A stretch of 64,000 nucleotides of DNA from Takakia lepidozioides. Taxonomy: Eukaryota; Plantae; Bryophyta. A program made the position numbers and the translations under genes. Where the stretch lies: the NCBI GenBank assembly GCA_030704615.1, contig CM060731.1:22072001-22136000 (forward strand). Direction: 5' to 3'. Below, in pieces: positions 25,387-38,902 of this stretch (position 1 is its first letter; each line of letters starts with the position of its first letter). Under the pieces are notes generated by a model. That model ran no database searches and was not told the origin of the DNA. It was given only the letters and a program-made list of their open reading frames with translations.

Positions 25387-26076
25387 TTAGAATCCGAAGC
25401 GGGGTAATAATCCATGGGCCCCATGATTCTCTAGTTCAAGGCTGGCTATGGAATCTACTTGCAGAGCGCCTCTATACAAGTGATGAGAGCTTGCTAGGAG
25501 ACCTTCAAGGGATAGAGCCTGTGGGATCTGCAGATGCTCGTCTGAGTGACTGGTGACCAGCGGTAGATGTAACCGGTGGCGGGCGGTGGGAGAGGCAGGG
25601 CAACGTCGTCCATGGTTATTGTAACTAACCGGACAACGGTTGCTTGGATTGTTAGCATCCATGGGTGCCTCTCGCATTCTAGCTAGTTACCAGAATATTG
25701 TGATGTAATAGCGGGTTGCAAAATGTCGAGCAGAAGAAATCTCTCGAAACAGCGAAGGTCACCTTCTCCTAGAGCGCGATCTGCCTCTCCGGCCAGACCT
25801 GCCGATTTGATTCCTGGAGGGATTTGGAAGAAGATTCCTGTATTTCTGTGGGTCCCTTGCCTCATCGGTAAGTACATACCTCCACTTGTATCGTTGCGAT
25901 TGCTTGTGAGATCCTACTTGGTGGTGTGCGCTTGTTCATCCGACCCCTGTCGGTCTCTTAGCTCATGCTGGATATACTCCTTATGAGACGTGCTCGGAAT
26001 TCTCCTTGAGTCATATTATTAGGAGGTAAAAAAATGCAGTAGCTGGTAATTCTCCTAAATGTGTGCGGATTCAACA
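25387..26076 (-). mobile_element. Probable LTR (~690 bp)
   Basis: Inverted termini TGTTGAATCCG ... CGGATTCTAA followed by TGG on the minus strand. No clear TSD. Confidence 0.5.
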
Positions 26077-28699
26077 GGGTATGCAAGAATTGCGGCACAT
26101 TCTAAAGCTTTCGGGGTAGCCTTCGCGAACAGAAAATTGTTTGTAACTCTCTATGTCGTAAGGTGATGAACATCTCTGATTTTGATTCCAAAAGTGAAAT
26201 TACTAGGACACAACATACATGGATCAAAGTTAATTCAAGAAGAAAGAGAAGATTGAACATTGCCTAATCTCCTTGCAGCTTATACTGATAGAGTGAAATG
26301 GTAAGACCATCATTTGTCAAATCCATCTCACTAAATGAATCGCATAAGTTAGAGCCTTACTGTATACTGGACAGTTCTAGGGAAGAATAGATACTTATGA
26401 TGTTAGTGTCCATGCATATGTGGAAAGAGGGAGGTGATTCTATTAATTTTAGTGCAAGACATTTTTCCTATGTTTTTACTATTACCTCATTTGAATGAGC
26501 TTTGGTTTGCAGCTTCATGTGTGCCGACATTATGAATCGAATCGCACGCGCGATTCATCAGGGTAAGGAGTGGGAATGCCTTGCATATGATCAACTTGCT
26601 TTCCACATAATAGTTGCTTTCTAATTAACAAGACATTTTGATCTGATTTACCTATCTTGGGGTGTCACATGCCAACAGTCTCTACAAATGGAGCTGTCTT
26701 ACACATGGTTGTTGACAGGTTATTTCCTTGCCTACCTTATGGCTTCATGTAAAATTTGTGTTGAATATGACATTGAAAGCATAATCTGTGTATATCACGG
26801 TCACGGACTACCTTTAACACGATCATATTCACCTTTTCAAATACAAACATATTAAGTGTTGCTTCACAAGTATATTGTTTCAAATTGAGCGGAGTCCCTT
26901 ACATGAATGGTTCTCCTCAATGGATACATGGTGGATGCAGGGTTGGCAGTGCAGGATTGCTGATGACACTCTCGCATCTATACAAGTAGGCTCAGCTACC
27001 TCTCTCTTTCACAAATATTGTCCACTAATTATGTTCTTAACTATATATTCTTTTTGGAGTCCAAGTTCGCAATCCATGACTATTCTCCTTCGTTTCAAGA
27101 AATTGTTGAGCTGCCCATTTGGACATCACGTAGGGGTTTAAACCTCCCCCTAAACTAGCTTTCAATATGCTTCAGTCACTTGACAACTCCTCAAAATAGT
27201 TGGGTTGCGCCTCACAGTCAATCAGCTTGTACTCTGAATGAGTGGCATCCATTGAAGAGTGTTTATTAGCTTACAAACTTCAGCTTGCCACCTAAATTCA
27301 AGGATCCATTAGCAAACTAGAAACAATAATCAAGAATCTAATTTTGAGCAAACATTCGTGCTCCCACAACAATGTTGTACACGGAATTAGGAGTTAGCGA
27401 AACCCTCTTTCAAATGGTGCGAGATATTAGTGAGATTATTAAGGAATTAATTCAATTGTTCGTCATCTTGTTTGATGTTACAAACTTCTTCAGCCTTGCT
27501 TGGGCTACAACTGTAAAGTTGCATTCAGTTTCAGATCATCTAATTGCGTCTAGTGGGCTCACATATGACTCAATGGTAGGCTTCATTACAAGGTCTTTCT
27601 GGGGTTGTTTGCTCTTGATATCGCCAGCCACTGGTTCAAGATGTATAGGTGTGTAGTTTAGCCCGTCACTTATTAACTCTGTGTGTGTGAGAGAGAGGAA
27701 TGCAATTCACTATGAAGTGTAATTTGCTTTTCACGGATTTCAACCACATAACCCTAAGTTTGTATGCATTCAATAACTGAAATGGATGAGAGAGATAGTA
27801 GAAGATCTCGATTCCTTGCTTTCCCTCCAGCCATCCCGCCATACGATGAATGGCGACAAAGGCTTTTACAGCAAATAAAGCCTTTAGCAAACCTCTTAGA
27901 AGTATGTATGAATAGGAATATATGAAAATGAACTATGGAGCATTTTGCAATATGGTACGGTTGTAGCTACACCATCTCCTGATCACAGTTTTTGTGACCT
28001 ATTTCAGATCCCATCCAACGCGGCTCTAATAACAATAGCATCGTATGCTAAAACAAATGACGCAAATGTTGTGAAAGTTGTTCATCCCCTAGACGCCCAA
28101 GAGGCCCTACAGTGGCTCCTCTCTGGTCAAACTTAGTTTATTTATTTATTTATTATTAAATTAAGAAAGGGGACAGAAGCCCTGTTGATCAAATTAAATA
28201 TGAAGGAGCTACACAGGGGTGGAAAAAATAACCACCCGGGGGGGGGGGGGGGGGGGGGGGCGTGAGGCTTACTGAGGGGGAACATCCCCGGAACCATAGC
28301 GAACATGCTAAGAAAGGAGCAAGGAAACCCGAAGAGATGACTTTGAGAAGGAAGGTTTGAGAGAGTGGTGAGGGGGGCCGAGAGAGATGCGGTAGGGGTG
28401 GGGGATTAGAAGCAAGGATTCACTGATGGGAAGAAGACAAAGTCAGGAAAAAAGCAATGTGCTAAGTCTTTAAAAAGACTTGAAACCAGCGAGTGATGCG
28501 TGGGGATGGTGGAAGTTGATTTGAGGGTGATGCAACTCGGAACCATCGCAGAGACGACTGCAGATGCCAGACTTCTAGAACTGTAGCTGCGCGCGGAATT
28601 TGGGGGCTCTAGCACATTTATGGTGCCAGTTGCAATCTCCCTCATCACCTTCACCAGGGGACTTCCCATTGAGAGGGGATGGAATGTTGCCAAGTGAAT

Positions 28700-31600
28700 T
28701 TAGAGTTGGAAAAACCGGCGCCGAGCATGCTGCTTTTGGCCCCAGGTGTCATGGAAGTCTTGAAGCAATTTCCTCCCTCGCTGCTCCGAAGTTCTGGAAA
28801 CAGCTACACAGACAGTTAACCAAGCCTTCCGCCCCTCAGTCAACAGATCTTGGTAAGTATTGAATAATACCGATCTGCCCCTGGGGGGTTTTCCCTCATA
28901 AACCCAATCACATCTTGTTTTCCATAAGTTCCACAAGGTAAGCGCTCTAAGAGCAGCCCAAACCAGGCAGATAGTTTGCACTTGACCCACGGTGAAATTC
29001 AGAAGCAACAGAGAAGGTGGGGGGGGGGGAAGAGGGGAAGCTATTCCACCAGGAGTAGAAACCAAGAACCAAGTGCCAGACTCTAAACAGCCAAATTGCA
29101 AAACATCAGGCAATGTTCAATGGATTCGGGAGAAGAACCACACAGAGAGCAGTTAGGGTTGTCTTCATGGGTGCGTTCTCTGACTGGAAGAATTCTATGC
29201 AGGATTTTCCATAGAAAACCGGATAGCATGGCTGGTCTGTCTTTTCTCCATATGTCTCTCCAGATTTTGTCCCATCATTGGTGGTCTAGCAACGGGATGC
29301 CCCATTTTGCTTTCCACTTGAATTCAAATGAACGGGGGGGTTTAGGAGGGAGTATCTTTTTTTCACGGAGTACGCAAAGAAAGGGGTCTTTTTCTATCCA
29401 TCCCTCCCTGGGATCAAATTGCAGGTCTACTAGTGGGCAGCTCAGAAACCAGGTGAGGTTTTCTTGTCCCGCCCATTGGGTCTCCATACCTTGCGGGGGC
29501 AGCGGGTTTGGGTTGCCCAGATTATCCAGAACTCTGATGTGAAAGAGGTCAGCTTTATCTGCTTCCATTCTTCGTTGATACTGAAGAAGACCATCTCCAT
29601 CTGCAGAAAAACCCAGACCTGTTGCTCTAACACCTTGGCAGGCTGTGACCAGCATGACCGGGGTCTGAATCTGCTGACTAGTGGCCATCCAAGTGGGTAT
29701 TTTTATGACCAATGCATCAGCGAGGAGAGGTTCCATGTACTGAGGCACATTTGCCAGAATGGTGTCCCAGGTTTTAGCTCTTCTGTGCCCAACCATGGTG
29801 GCGACTTGTGCCTTGGATAAGAACTGATGATGATAGCGCATGTTTGATATGTGCGTGAATCCTGTCTGCTCCCAAAAAGCCCACTGCGGGGCCTGCGAAA
29901 GAAGAATGTCTGAATCCATGTTATAATTAGCAAAAACAGGCTGTCTCAAACACTCCTGGTGAGTCAGAGGCATTCGCTGCGTGAGATTGCCTCTCACGCC
30001 ATGCCAGGCCCTCCATATGGACTGCCATGGTTTGGAGCCCAAGGAAATAGGCCCTTCTTGATGGGGCCGCAGAAGTAGCTCCCCATATGAAATTACGATT
30101 GAGCGCCTTAATTTCTTTGACCATGTCCTCATCTGGGTCCCAAAACTGCCGTAGAAAACCACATTGATGCCACCAAAACCTGGTTAGCAACTAAAGCTCT
30201 ACCCACAATGGAGAGCATTGCAGCACTCCAGAATGCCGGGTTTTTTTTTAGCCTAGCAATCACATCCTTGAAGCGGTCATGATTTGACATGTTGAGACCT
30301 ATTTGATGGCCCAGCAGCTTGTGCGTTCGGCCCTCTTGCAGCCACCCAAGACCCATGTCTGCCCCCCATGGCTGACAATGGCTTGTCGTTGCCTCATTAT
30401 GCAGCTTGGACAAAATGCACATTGATTTTTTTCAATTGACCTTGAGCCCTGTAGCCAAACAGAAGGTGTGGAGAATTTGAAGTGCCTTGTCAACGTTGGC
30501 CTTAGTGGAGTTGTCCAACAATAGAGTAGTGTCATCTGCATACATTGAGAGTTTCAGCATCTCCGGGGTCAGTGTGGGCAAGTGAAGGCCAATGATGTCT
30601 TGCCTGTAGTGCAACATGTGACCCAACGAGTCCGCCGCTATGAGGAAGAGGAAGGGTGCCAGGGGGCAACCCTGCCGCACCGATCTAGAAATGTGAAAGG
30701 GCTTCAATATAACCCCATTAACCATGACCTTGCTGGATGTTGCATGCAAGAGGATGTGGACCCATGTCAGGAAGGGCCCCCCAAACCCTGATTTCTCCAT
30801 AGCCCCTTCCAGAAAGGTCCAATCAATGGAGTCAAAGGCCTTTTCAAAATCAAGCATTAAGAAGGCCAGCGGCTGGCTGTTTATTTCTGCTCTGTGGAGG
30901 GCCTCGTGGGCCAGCAAGATGTTGTCTAAGATCATGCGATCTTTGAGAAAGCCAGTATGCTCTTTCCTAATAATTTTCGGCAGGAGAGGCTGCAACCTCA
31001 AGGCCAAGGTCTTTGCGATAATCTTGTAAGTTGAGTTTAGCAAAGTGATTGGCCGGTAGTTGGCCATATCTTCTCTATCTCATTAAAGACTAGAGTAATG
31101 AGACCTTCCGCCATCTGCGAGGGCATTATCTGTTTTACTATAATATCATTAGCCATAAGGAGGAAGTCCTCCCCAATTGTATGCCATAGTGCTTTAAAAA
31201 GTTCAATTGGGAGACCATCCAGTCCTGGCGACTTTTGTGATGCCAAAGAGTTGACCGCCTGCCCCAATTCATACACTGACAGGGGGGCTGCCAGGTTTGA
31301 TTTGTCCAGTTGAGAGATCGAGGAGGGGATGTGGTGCAACAAAGCCGCAGTTGCATCTTGTTTCTGCTGCGAGGCATCTCGCCTTTGAAACAGAGCTTGA
31401 AAATATGAGGCTGCCACTTCTGCCATGATTTTTGGCTTATCTACCAAACGTCCATCTGCATCTCGCAAAGCTGGGACCATTGTGGCAGCTCGCCACTGCG
31501 CAGCCTTAACAAAGAAATATCTACTCATTTTCTCCCCTTTAAGGCTCCAATTGACTCCAGCTTTGACTCTGGAGAATTGCTCCTTGGCGTGTAATAGCAT

Positions 31601-32677
31601 GGAGAGATTCCTCTTGGCATCTTTGTAAGCAGTTATGGTGTGTGCTCCCTCCAAACCCGACTGCAGTTTGAACTGGCAGACTTCCAAGCACTTAGTCAGA
31701 GCCTTTTGCCTTCTCGTATTGTCCTTTGCCTTTTCCCTTGCCATGACTTTACAAAGGTCTCTTAAAAGTTCCATCTTCGCCAAGAATCTGGCAGTGGGAG
31801 AGACAAGCTGTGTGGTTGCCGATTCCCAGACATTCTGAAGGGTCTGTACGACGATGGGGTCCTGCAATATGCTTGGGTTTAGCTTGAAAAAACCCCTGCC
31901 TCTCACTCTGGACCCTCGGGGTGTTGAGCATCAGTTGCACCATGGCATGGTCAAACTCCGGGAGGATAGGCTGCAGCGGGACACTGGTTGACCAAGACTT
32001 TAGAGTGTAGGAGCAATAAAATTTGTCCAACCGAGCCTGGCATAGGTGAGGGGGGTCCTTGTTGTTCGACCAAGTGAATTTCAATTCTCCCTGGCTTGGA
32101 GACGAAGCGTCGAGCGGCCCCACTAGCAAGCACAAGGCATCCCAGGTGTTCTTTTCTGTCATGGAGAGACCATTCACCAATCTCCCAAGCCTGTCTCTTT
32201 TTTCCTCCACCATATTGAAGTCGCCGCCTACCAGCCAGTGCTGGAGATGATGTCACTGCTGCATGTTACATCTGATCTGGTTCCAGAGGTCTATCATGTC
32301 TTCCTCCCCATTTGGAGCATAGATGTTTAGAAAACCCACTTGCCCCATTGATTGACCTATGTTCAAGACAAGAACTGCACTCTGCCTTGCAACCAGATCT
32401 CATGGGAGACAATGGATTGTTGTAAGGAGGGGGAAGCAAGGATGGCTGTGCCCCCTCTGGAATCCGAGATGGTGGGATTCCAGAAGGTTGTGACCGCTGG
32501 CCAAATGGAGGCACCAAGGGAATTAATTTTTTGTTGATTTAATTTATGTTCTTGCAAAAAGATAATATTGGAACCACGTAACAGAGTGGAGGCCCGGGCT
32601 CTGACCCTTGCCCTTTTGGGGGCAGAGTGGTCAGAGCCAAGACCTCGCACATTCCAGGAGACAAGAGACAAATTCAT
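28700..32677 (-). pseudogene. LINE ORF2: APE endonuclease, reverse transcriptase, zf-RVT
   Basis: SWNVRGLG, IIFLQEHK, ARLDKFY, FDHAMV; KSPGLDG, NYRPITLLN, LDFEKAFD, VRQGCPLAP, YADD; LWNLWKTRC. Multiple frameshifts. Confidence 0.95.
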
Positions 32678-33975
32678 GTGGATGTGACTATCAGGCCCAC
32701 GCTCTTTGCGTGACTTGATGGCCATTGTAGGAGGAAGAAATACTTTGAACGCTTGTTGGCTGGTGGCGGGGTGGTGAACCACTTAAACCCTTGTGGAGGA
32801 TTGATCAAAACAAGGAGATGATAGGTGAACACAATCGTTGCCTTTTTTCGTTTGCAGTTGTTTTGAAAAGGTACGAAGTGGGTCCCTCCGTCTCTAAGAA
32901 TTGAAAACATGTCTGCAGAGATGTCCCAGGCTAGAGCTTTTGAAAGGCGAGAGAGGGATTGTGGGGAGGATGGAAGGCCTGCTGAGTTCCACCAGGCTGG
33001 CAGGATTTTCTGCTTATGAACATTGTCCAGCAACAAAGTCCGTACCCGTTTACAGTCTGAGTGGTCAAGCACATAAAAGAAGAGGGGGGAGCACGCAATA
33101 GAGATGCTCACCTGTGGGGGTGAGTCCACTGTCTCTTCTGTTAGCAGAAAGGTGATGGCGGGATCTGCTGCAACATTTGAGGATGTATTGAAGTGATTTG
33201 TGTTTGCCAGCACCAATTGCGTGTTGAGATTTGGCTCCTGCTGGGGTTGCCCTGATTCCGTCTGAGGATGTAGCAGCTGGTAATGCTCATCTACCAGCTT
33301 GGAACCTACCTCCATTTTTTTTGTGCCTCTTGCCCACTCAGTTGGGTCTTTGACTCTGCAAGACAGGTAGTGCTTACTCACCCAAATCAATGAGTTATGA
33401 GCCCCAGAGGTATCCAAGCCCCTACCAAAAATAACGGGCATGACATGAACAACAGCAAGATCTGGAAGAGAGGCAAAATTTTCAACCATTATGCCAATGT
33501 GCTGCATATGAGATAGAGTCAGGTTCAGTTTTGGAAAGAAGTCATTGAGAATGTTTTGCATGAGGGTCAATGCAAGCTCTCTTTCTTTCCCGATGCCGAA
33601 CTGAAGAGCCAGGGCTTCTGAAACCCATGTAGACCAGAATCCTTGCTTCACACTTGGCATGAAGAAACTGGTGTAATCATCTACAAAATTGTAGAGCAGG
33701 GGGGTGACACATATTGCCGCCTTTTCTCTCTGAAATGAGGAACCTGGTTCCCACCCTGGCAGGGGACTGAGCTTGAAAGAATGCAACTCCAGAATCGTTA
33801 TTGCCACGCTGGTAGAGTCTAGCTGCTGCATATCAGAGACTGAGAAAGGGAAGGAACCCCAAGCCTCCATGATGCGCACTGGGAAGAAGCCCGACCCTGT
33901 TGGTTTAATGGGGGACTCCACTTCAATCAATACTGAGCGTCTTTTCCTTATCTTGGAATGAAGCATGTCAACCAT
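32674..33975 (-). CDS. 433-aa open frame of unknown function between LINE ORF1 and ORF2 (separate ORF or frameshifted ORF1 C-terminus)
   Basis: Uninterrupted ORF. Its TGA (32676-32674) overlaps the ORF2 ATG (32677-32675). Confidence 0.65.
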   Translation of the reverse strand: MVDMLHSKIRKRRSVLIEVESPIKPTGSGFFPVRIMEAWGSFPFSVSDMQQLDSTSVAITILELHSFKLSPLPGWEPGSSFQREKAAICVTPLLYNFVDDYTSFFMPSVKQGFWSTWVSEALALQFGIGKERELALTLMQNILNDFFPKLNLTLSHMQHIGIMVENFASLPDLAVVHVMPVIFGRGLDTSGAHNSLIWVSKHYLSCRVKDPTEWARGTKKMEVGSKLVDEHYQLLHPQTESGQPQQEPNLNTQLVLANTNHFNTSSNVAADPAITFLLTEETVDSPPQVSISIACSPLFFYVLDHSDCKRVRTLLLDNVHKQKILPAWWNSAGLPSSPQSLSRLSKALAWDISADMFSILRDGGTHFVPFQNNCKRKKATIVFTYHLLVLINPPQGFKWFTTPPPANKRSKYFFLLQWPSSHAKSVGLIVTST

Positions 33976-34947
33976 TGCTTGATCATCTGAATTTCTTTGA
34001 GCTTCTTTCTCCTGCTGTGTTTGATTGGCCTTGGAGGTATCAATTGGCTAGGAGGAGCCCTCCTCCTTTCTTGTGAACTTGATGGTTGGGCAGTCTGCCT
34101 TGATATGCCCTTCAGCATTGCAGTGGTAATCTCCTCTTTCATTGCTACTACAATGTAAGAGTCATCCAGGGTGGGGAGTTGGATAGAGGTGCCAATGGCT
34201 GCATTTTCAGGCATGAGCACAATCTTGGGGATGCCAATGTCTTCAGTAAGTGTGACTTCGGTATCTACACTGAGAATCTTGTCCTGAGCTGGCTCCAGAA
34301 CGTTGATTGCCCCTATGAATGAGCCAAAGCTGGCACCTATCTCTGGGAGCGAAGTCAGATATGTGGGAGGTAGGAAGGGGATGGCAATGACTCTCGGCTT
34401 CCACAAGATGCCTTTCTTGTGTCCCCAATCCTGGGTCCAAGGAAAAATGTGGACTTTGGAGGCGAAAGTCGGCGTGTTGAAGCGCAGAGCCTTTTCTGCA
34501 TCTGCTGGCGAGCTAAAGATGATAGCGTAGAAGCCTTTCCCCATTGAAAGGCTAAAGTGTTGTGCCAATCCACCAGTAGTTCCTAGGTGCTCGATAATCC
34601 AAGTACGAATTGATTTTCTCGTCCGCGGCTTTCCAGGGAAGTACAAGAGGATGCATGTCTTTGCACAGCTTTTGCACTTGAGCCTGCAATTTAGCTTTGT
34701 TCAAATTTATGATAGGCTGCTCCTTGTCTTCTTTCACCGTTGTGTCCTCCCATGCGTTCTCAGTCAACAACGGTGAGGGCGAGGGGGCAGTGGCTGAGGG
34801 GCCCTTTCCCAGAATGGAGGCAGCTTCGACTTGCAGCATGGAGGATTTCCTGGTCCAAATCTGATTTTTGGCTTTCGCTGCCGGAGATGAGCCGTCTGAT
34901 ACTCCACCGCGTCTGGCCTTTCTGGAGCCACGACCTCTGGAATCCAT
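33948..34947 (-). pseudogene. LINE ORF1 (DUF4283/RRM-like), frameshift near 34646
   Basis: SMGKGFYAIIFSSPADAEKAL...VHIFPWT...IPFLP...LPEIGASFGSFI, typical of plant L1 ORF1. Confidence 0.85.
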
Positions 34948-36284
34948 GGGACAGAACTGCGATCAACAGGCGTTTTCAGGTAGACGACATGCGCGAGAAG
35001 CAAGAGCGCCGGGAATAAGAAGCAAGAGCGCCGGGAATAAGAATTAGAGCGGAGAGGGGAGAGGAGTGAGGTAGTGAGTGGAGTGGTGGGATAGACGTGG
35101 ATTATGCAAAGGAACGATGTGGAGCGAAGACTGCAAATGCGACAAGCTGTTAGAGATGATAGATAACTGAATCAGCTGATTGCATGTAGAATTACATCAA
35201 CATCAACAATTAGAGAAAACACATGAGCTCACCTCAATCCTTGGTCTATGCAGCAGTGTGAGGGGGTTAATAAAAGAAGAGAATACTTCTCTTCTTGTAG
35301 AGAATGCATGGCGGCTTGGCAGCGTCTCCCTACTGCACTCTTTCAAGACTCATTAAGAGCCGCTGCACCGAGCAGACCACTGCAGGTCTCGGGGAGCCAC
35401 CGATTAGCGACAAGAGCTTAAGTGCCTGAGACAATGGCAGAGTGTGGGTGTGTGAGCATGGCGGCTCATTAAACCAGCATGGGAAGCCGGGGGGGGGGGG
35501 GGGGGGGTGGGAAGAACTCTGTTGGATCTTATGAATGAAGAGAGACTTGAGAAGAGAGACTTGAGAAGAGAGACACATTGAGATGAACACTGGGAAGATG
35601 AAATCTCAGCAGATGCTTTAGGTTTCCTTTTTTCGTCATTGCTTTGAGAGAGAGCGCAGGGAGGAGTTGGCTGGGGTAGCGTAGCAGAACTTGCTCATGT
35701 TACCGCCTGATGGGGTAACTTGACTTGCAAGAGAGATTGAGGGGGGGGAAGCCGGATGGCCTTTTGCATCGTGAGAGAGATAGGGGAACTGGATCTAGTT
35801 TTCACTTTTGAAAAAAATCTTTTTTTGCATTTGAGTTGAACTAACAAAGTAAAGATAATCAAGTCTAGTTTCTATTCCACTTTATGATTCATCAAAATTC
35901 CAATTATTGAATCTTTTATAGCAATTACCAATTCAATGGGTCAAGAGCCAATTTGTTCTTCAGCATGGTTTTTCTATTGAATTTTTCAACTTGAAAACTT
36001 TTTTTGACTTTTAGATATACTAAAGTGTTTTTCATTCAGTGTGATTTACACCCAAGGTAAAATTTTCATAAATTTTGGATACTTATTGTGATTGATATGA
36101 TTTTCGAAGACATTAAGCTTAAGAAAATCATAATATTTCACTTTTTATGAGACAATTCTGAAAAATTTAAGATTTTGTCTTTTTCAAAGAAAAAGATTTA
36201 AGATTTAAGATTTAAGATTCAAGATTTATAGTAAACATATAGGTTCATCTATGAAAAATATTTAAAAATAAGTTTCTCAATTTT

Positions 36285-36605
36285 AAAAGGAAAGGGGACA
36301 GAGGCCCTTTTAATCAAATTAAATAAAATAAAGGTTCACAAAAGGTGGAAAAAAGAAGCCGTGGAGGCTAATAACAGAGGGGAACTTCCCCGTTGAACTT
36401 ACCCTAGCGAACCTGGTAAGCAGGGGAGAGACAGAGAGATTCAGAAAAGAGCCTAAGATACAAGCGCGAAGGGGAACTGAGGAAGAAGAGGATTTTGGAG
36501 TGGGTAGCTAAGAGACGGGAAATCAAATTCAAATTCAAGACGGGAAATTGAGCTACAGATCGAAGCACAACACAATGTAAATGCTTTGTCTCAAGAAAAA
36601 TGATA
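36285..36605 (-). mobile_element. Truncated 3' end of the same LINE family
   Basis: GAAAGGGGACAGA.GCCCT.TT.ATCAAATTAAATA matches 28165-28200. A shorter trace lies at ~11130-11150. Confidence 0.75.
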
Positions 36606-38902
36606 TGCTTACCGAAGTTGCGGTGGATGTAGATAGGAATGGAGGGAGAGAGGAGGTTACACATGCCTTCCCGGAACATGATACTTGCACCTGGCGCCAG
36701 AGTGGAGGTGAGTACGAACGACCCCGGATTCGAAGGGGCGTGGTTTGAGGCTAGAATTGTTTTTTATGAAGAAGAGAGTCACCGTTGCAGGGTTCGTTAC
36801 GAGCAGCTGCTTGATGAAAATTACAAGATGTTGGAGGAGTGGGCTGACCCAGATCTCTTACGACCAATTCCCCCTTCCCTAAACATATTTCAGTGGGAAA
36901 CTGGTGACCCAGTGGAGGCCCTTGATAAAGATGGCTGGTGGGCAGGCAAGGTGATCTGCAAAATGAATGAAGAGCTCTACAAAATCGGATTCGCACAAAA
37001 CGAAACGTTGGACTTGATTGTCCCCAAAATTCGCACACAGCAAGACTGGGTTGATGGCGCATGGTCCATTGCGAGAGGGTCAATCACCAGTCCTTCCAGT
37101 GGACCTTGGGAGTCCATGTTTGCATATGGAGATCAGAAGGGCCACGAAGTGATGGATAGTGTGACTGGCTCTAAGGCATTGAAACAGCCCAATGCGAGGA
37201 AACAATACAAAAAGAGGATACCCAAAAGGCCCACAGTCAGGAAGGACCAGCCTGCAAGCAAGCAAAAAAGAAAAGGTACCCTATATTATCACCTTTCTTC
37301 TTGTGTGCCATGTGGTGCATCAGTGTTATTTCTAATAGTGTTTATAATTCATCCATGCCATTCACTGAACCAAAAGTCAACTGATAGACTTTGAAATCAG
37401 GTGCAGGACCTGGTAGATCACTTGAAAAGAAGCAAAAGGAGACTGTGGATGCCCTGGAGACAGAGGGGACAAGGGGGACAAAGCATTTGAGTCCCACCTC
37501 ACCATTGTGTGCACTCAGTTCGTCACCTTCCGACAAGACTGCACAAGGGTTTAGTAAGCATAGGCGGGACATTGGGGCTGATTTGGGTGTTTCCAGCAAT
37601 GGCTCTTCAGCATTGTGTAAGACCTTCTCAGAATTCACAAGAAGCCTCAGTGCATCACCAGATGGAATTTCCATAGATGCCAACAACACAGACAAGGTAA
37701 CAAGATTCAATTTCTACTGTACATGGTGCCATCGATTGAGTGATAATCCTTTTTGGCTTCAAGATGTTCCCATTTAGCTGAATTGCATGCTGTTTAATTG
37801 AGCTATTCATGTCAGCGTTTGTAGCATTCGTCAAATTTTTCTTCTTGGAAAATGTGGTGGAAAGGTGGAGAAAATCAAGCTTGTTGCACACCTAGGATTT
37901 TTGAGGGTTGTGCATGTGCACATGCCTCTCCATGATTTTGAAGAAGCCAAAACATCCATTGAAAAAATTACAGCCTATCCCACATTGCCAGCAAGCGAAC
38001 TCATTGTCCGAGTTGCTCAATAATGCGATAATAGTACTTTCAGATTGAGATTTGCTCTAAGGGTTGCAACATCTCTCAAACTGTGGTCTGTTTTTGGGTG
38101 GTTTGGATGACAGGCAACACAGTTGGAGCAAGTGGCATATGTTGCAGTTTTGACGGCCATGCGAGCGCGGTCCAACATGGTTACTTGGAAGGCGCAAGCG
38201 TTTCTACTCGACCTACGTGAGGCACTTCACCTCACCAATGAGGACCACCTACGTTTGAGTAAGTTACAATTTCTTGACGATAGTGGCTCTGGTATATAAT
38301 ATGTTGGAGAATCCGACAAGCTTCGCTTGTGTCATATGTTCACAAGCCTAGGAGATGCTCCACAAGACAGGAGATTGAATGCCCATAATTGATTGGCTTT
38401 CCCTGAAAGGTAGTAAGTCCTAGGGGCACCAAAAGGATCCATACTTTTTATATCAACCCCACATTTTCTGCTTTGATAGACTTGTGAAAATGGCACAACA
38501 TATTTTTGAAACAACAGGAGATGGGGGGTTGGTGGTTATTTGACGATGGATAGCGCAATGATGATCACTCCTCAGAATGTCAAGCTCAACGTCCCTGTTG
38601 CTGTCTACATCGGCAGATATTTCGGCATTTTTTTTTCCTTGTGCCAAAGTACTCTAATATGGGTCGGTGTACCTTTCTAAGCTTTCATCAAACTTCAAAA
38701 GAAGTGTTGTGTTGAACTCTGCAGCAAAGCTCAGGAACCATCATTTTGTAGCTCATACTTGGAAAGTCCTGAACCGTACCATTGGCATTGTCGTCCCCAA
38801 TGTTGTATCTGAATACCAAGCTTTTGTTGGTTTCAAGTAGATGGGACTCCGACTCCACAGAAGATCTCCATGTCTGTGTGTAAGTTTGTATTATATTTTC
38901 CC
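36606..38902 (+). repeat. ~2.3-kb direct duplication, second copy at 44155-46452
   Basis: Near-identical sequence at an offset of ~7549 bp, introns included. Confidence 0.97.
36639..38299 (+). CDS. Agenet (plant Tudor) x2 + C-terminal ENT domain protein, copy 1; exons 36639-37275, 37401-37696, 38114-38299
   Basis: GARVEVSTNDPGFEGAWFEARI, LLRPIPP, GDPVEALDKDGWWAG, RTQQDWVDGAW; ENT LEQVAYVAVLTAMRA...TWKAQAFLLDLREALHLTNEDH. GT-AG introns keep the frame. Confidence 0.88.

Larger units (their letters stand above)
28137..35800 (-). mobile_element. Near full-length L1/Tx1-type LINE, frameshifted
   Basis: Pyrimidine-rich 5' UTR, ORF1, extra ORF, APE-RT-Zn finger ORF2, 3' UTR and (TAAA)n tail at ~28137-28160. 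5' boundary approximate. Confidence 0.93.

Noticed and set aside
26300-28136. Exon-like stretches (~26514-26562, ~28008-28120)
   Set aside because: Too short to assign and no consistent gene model.
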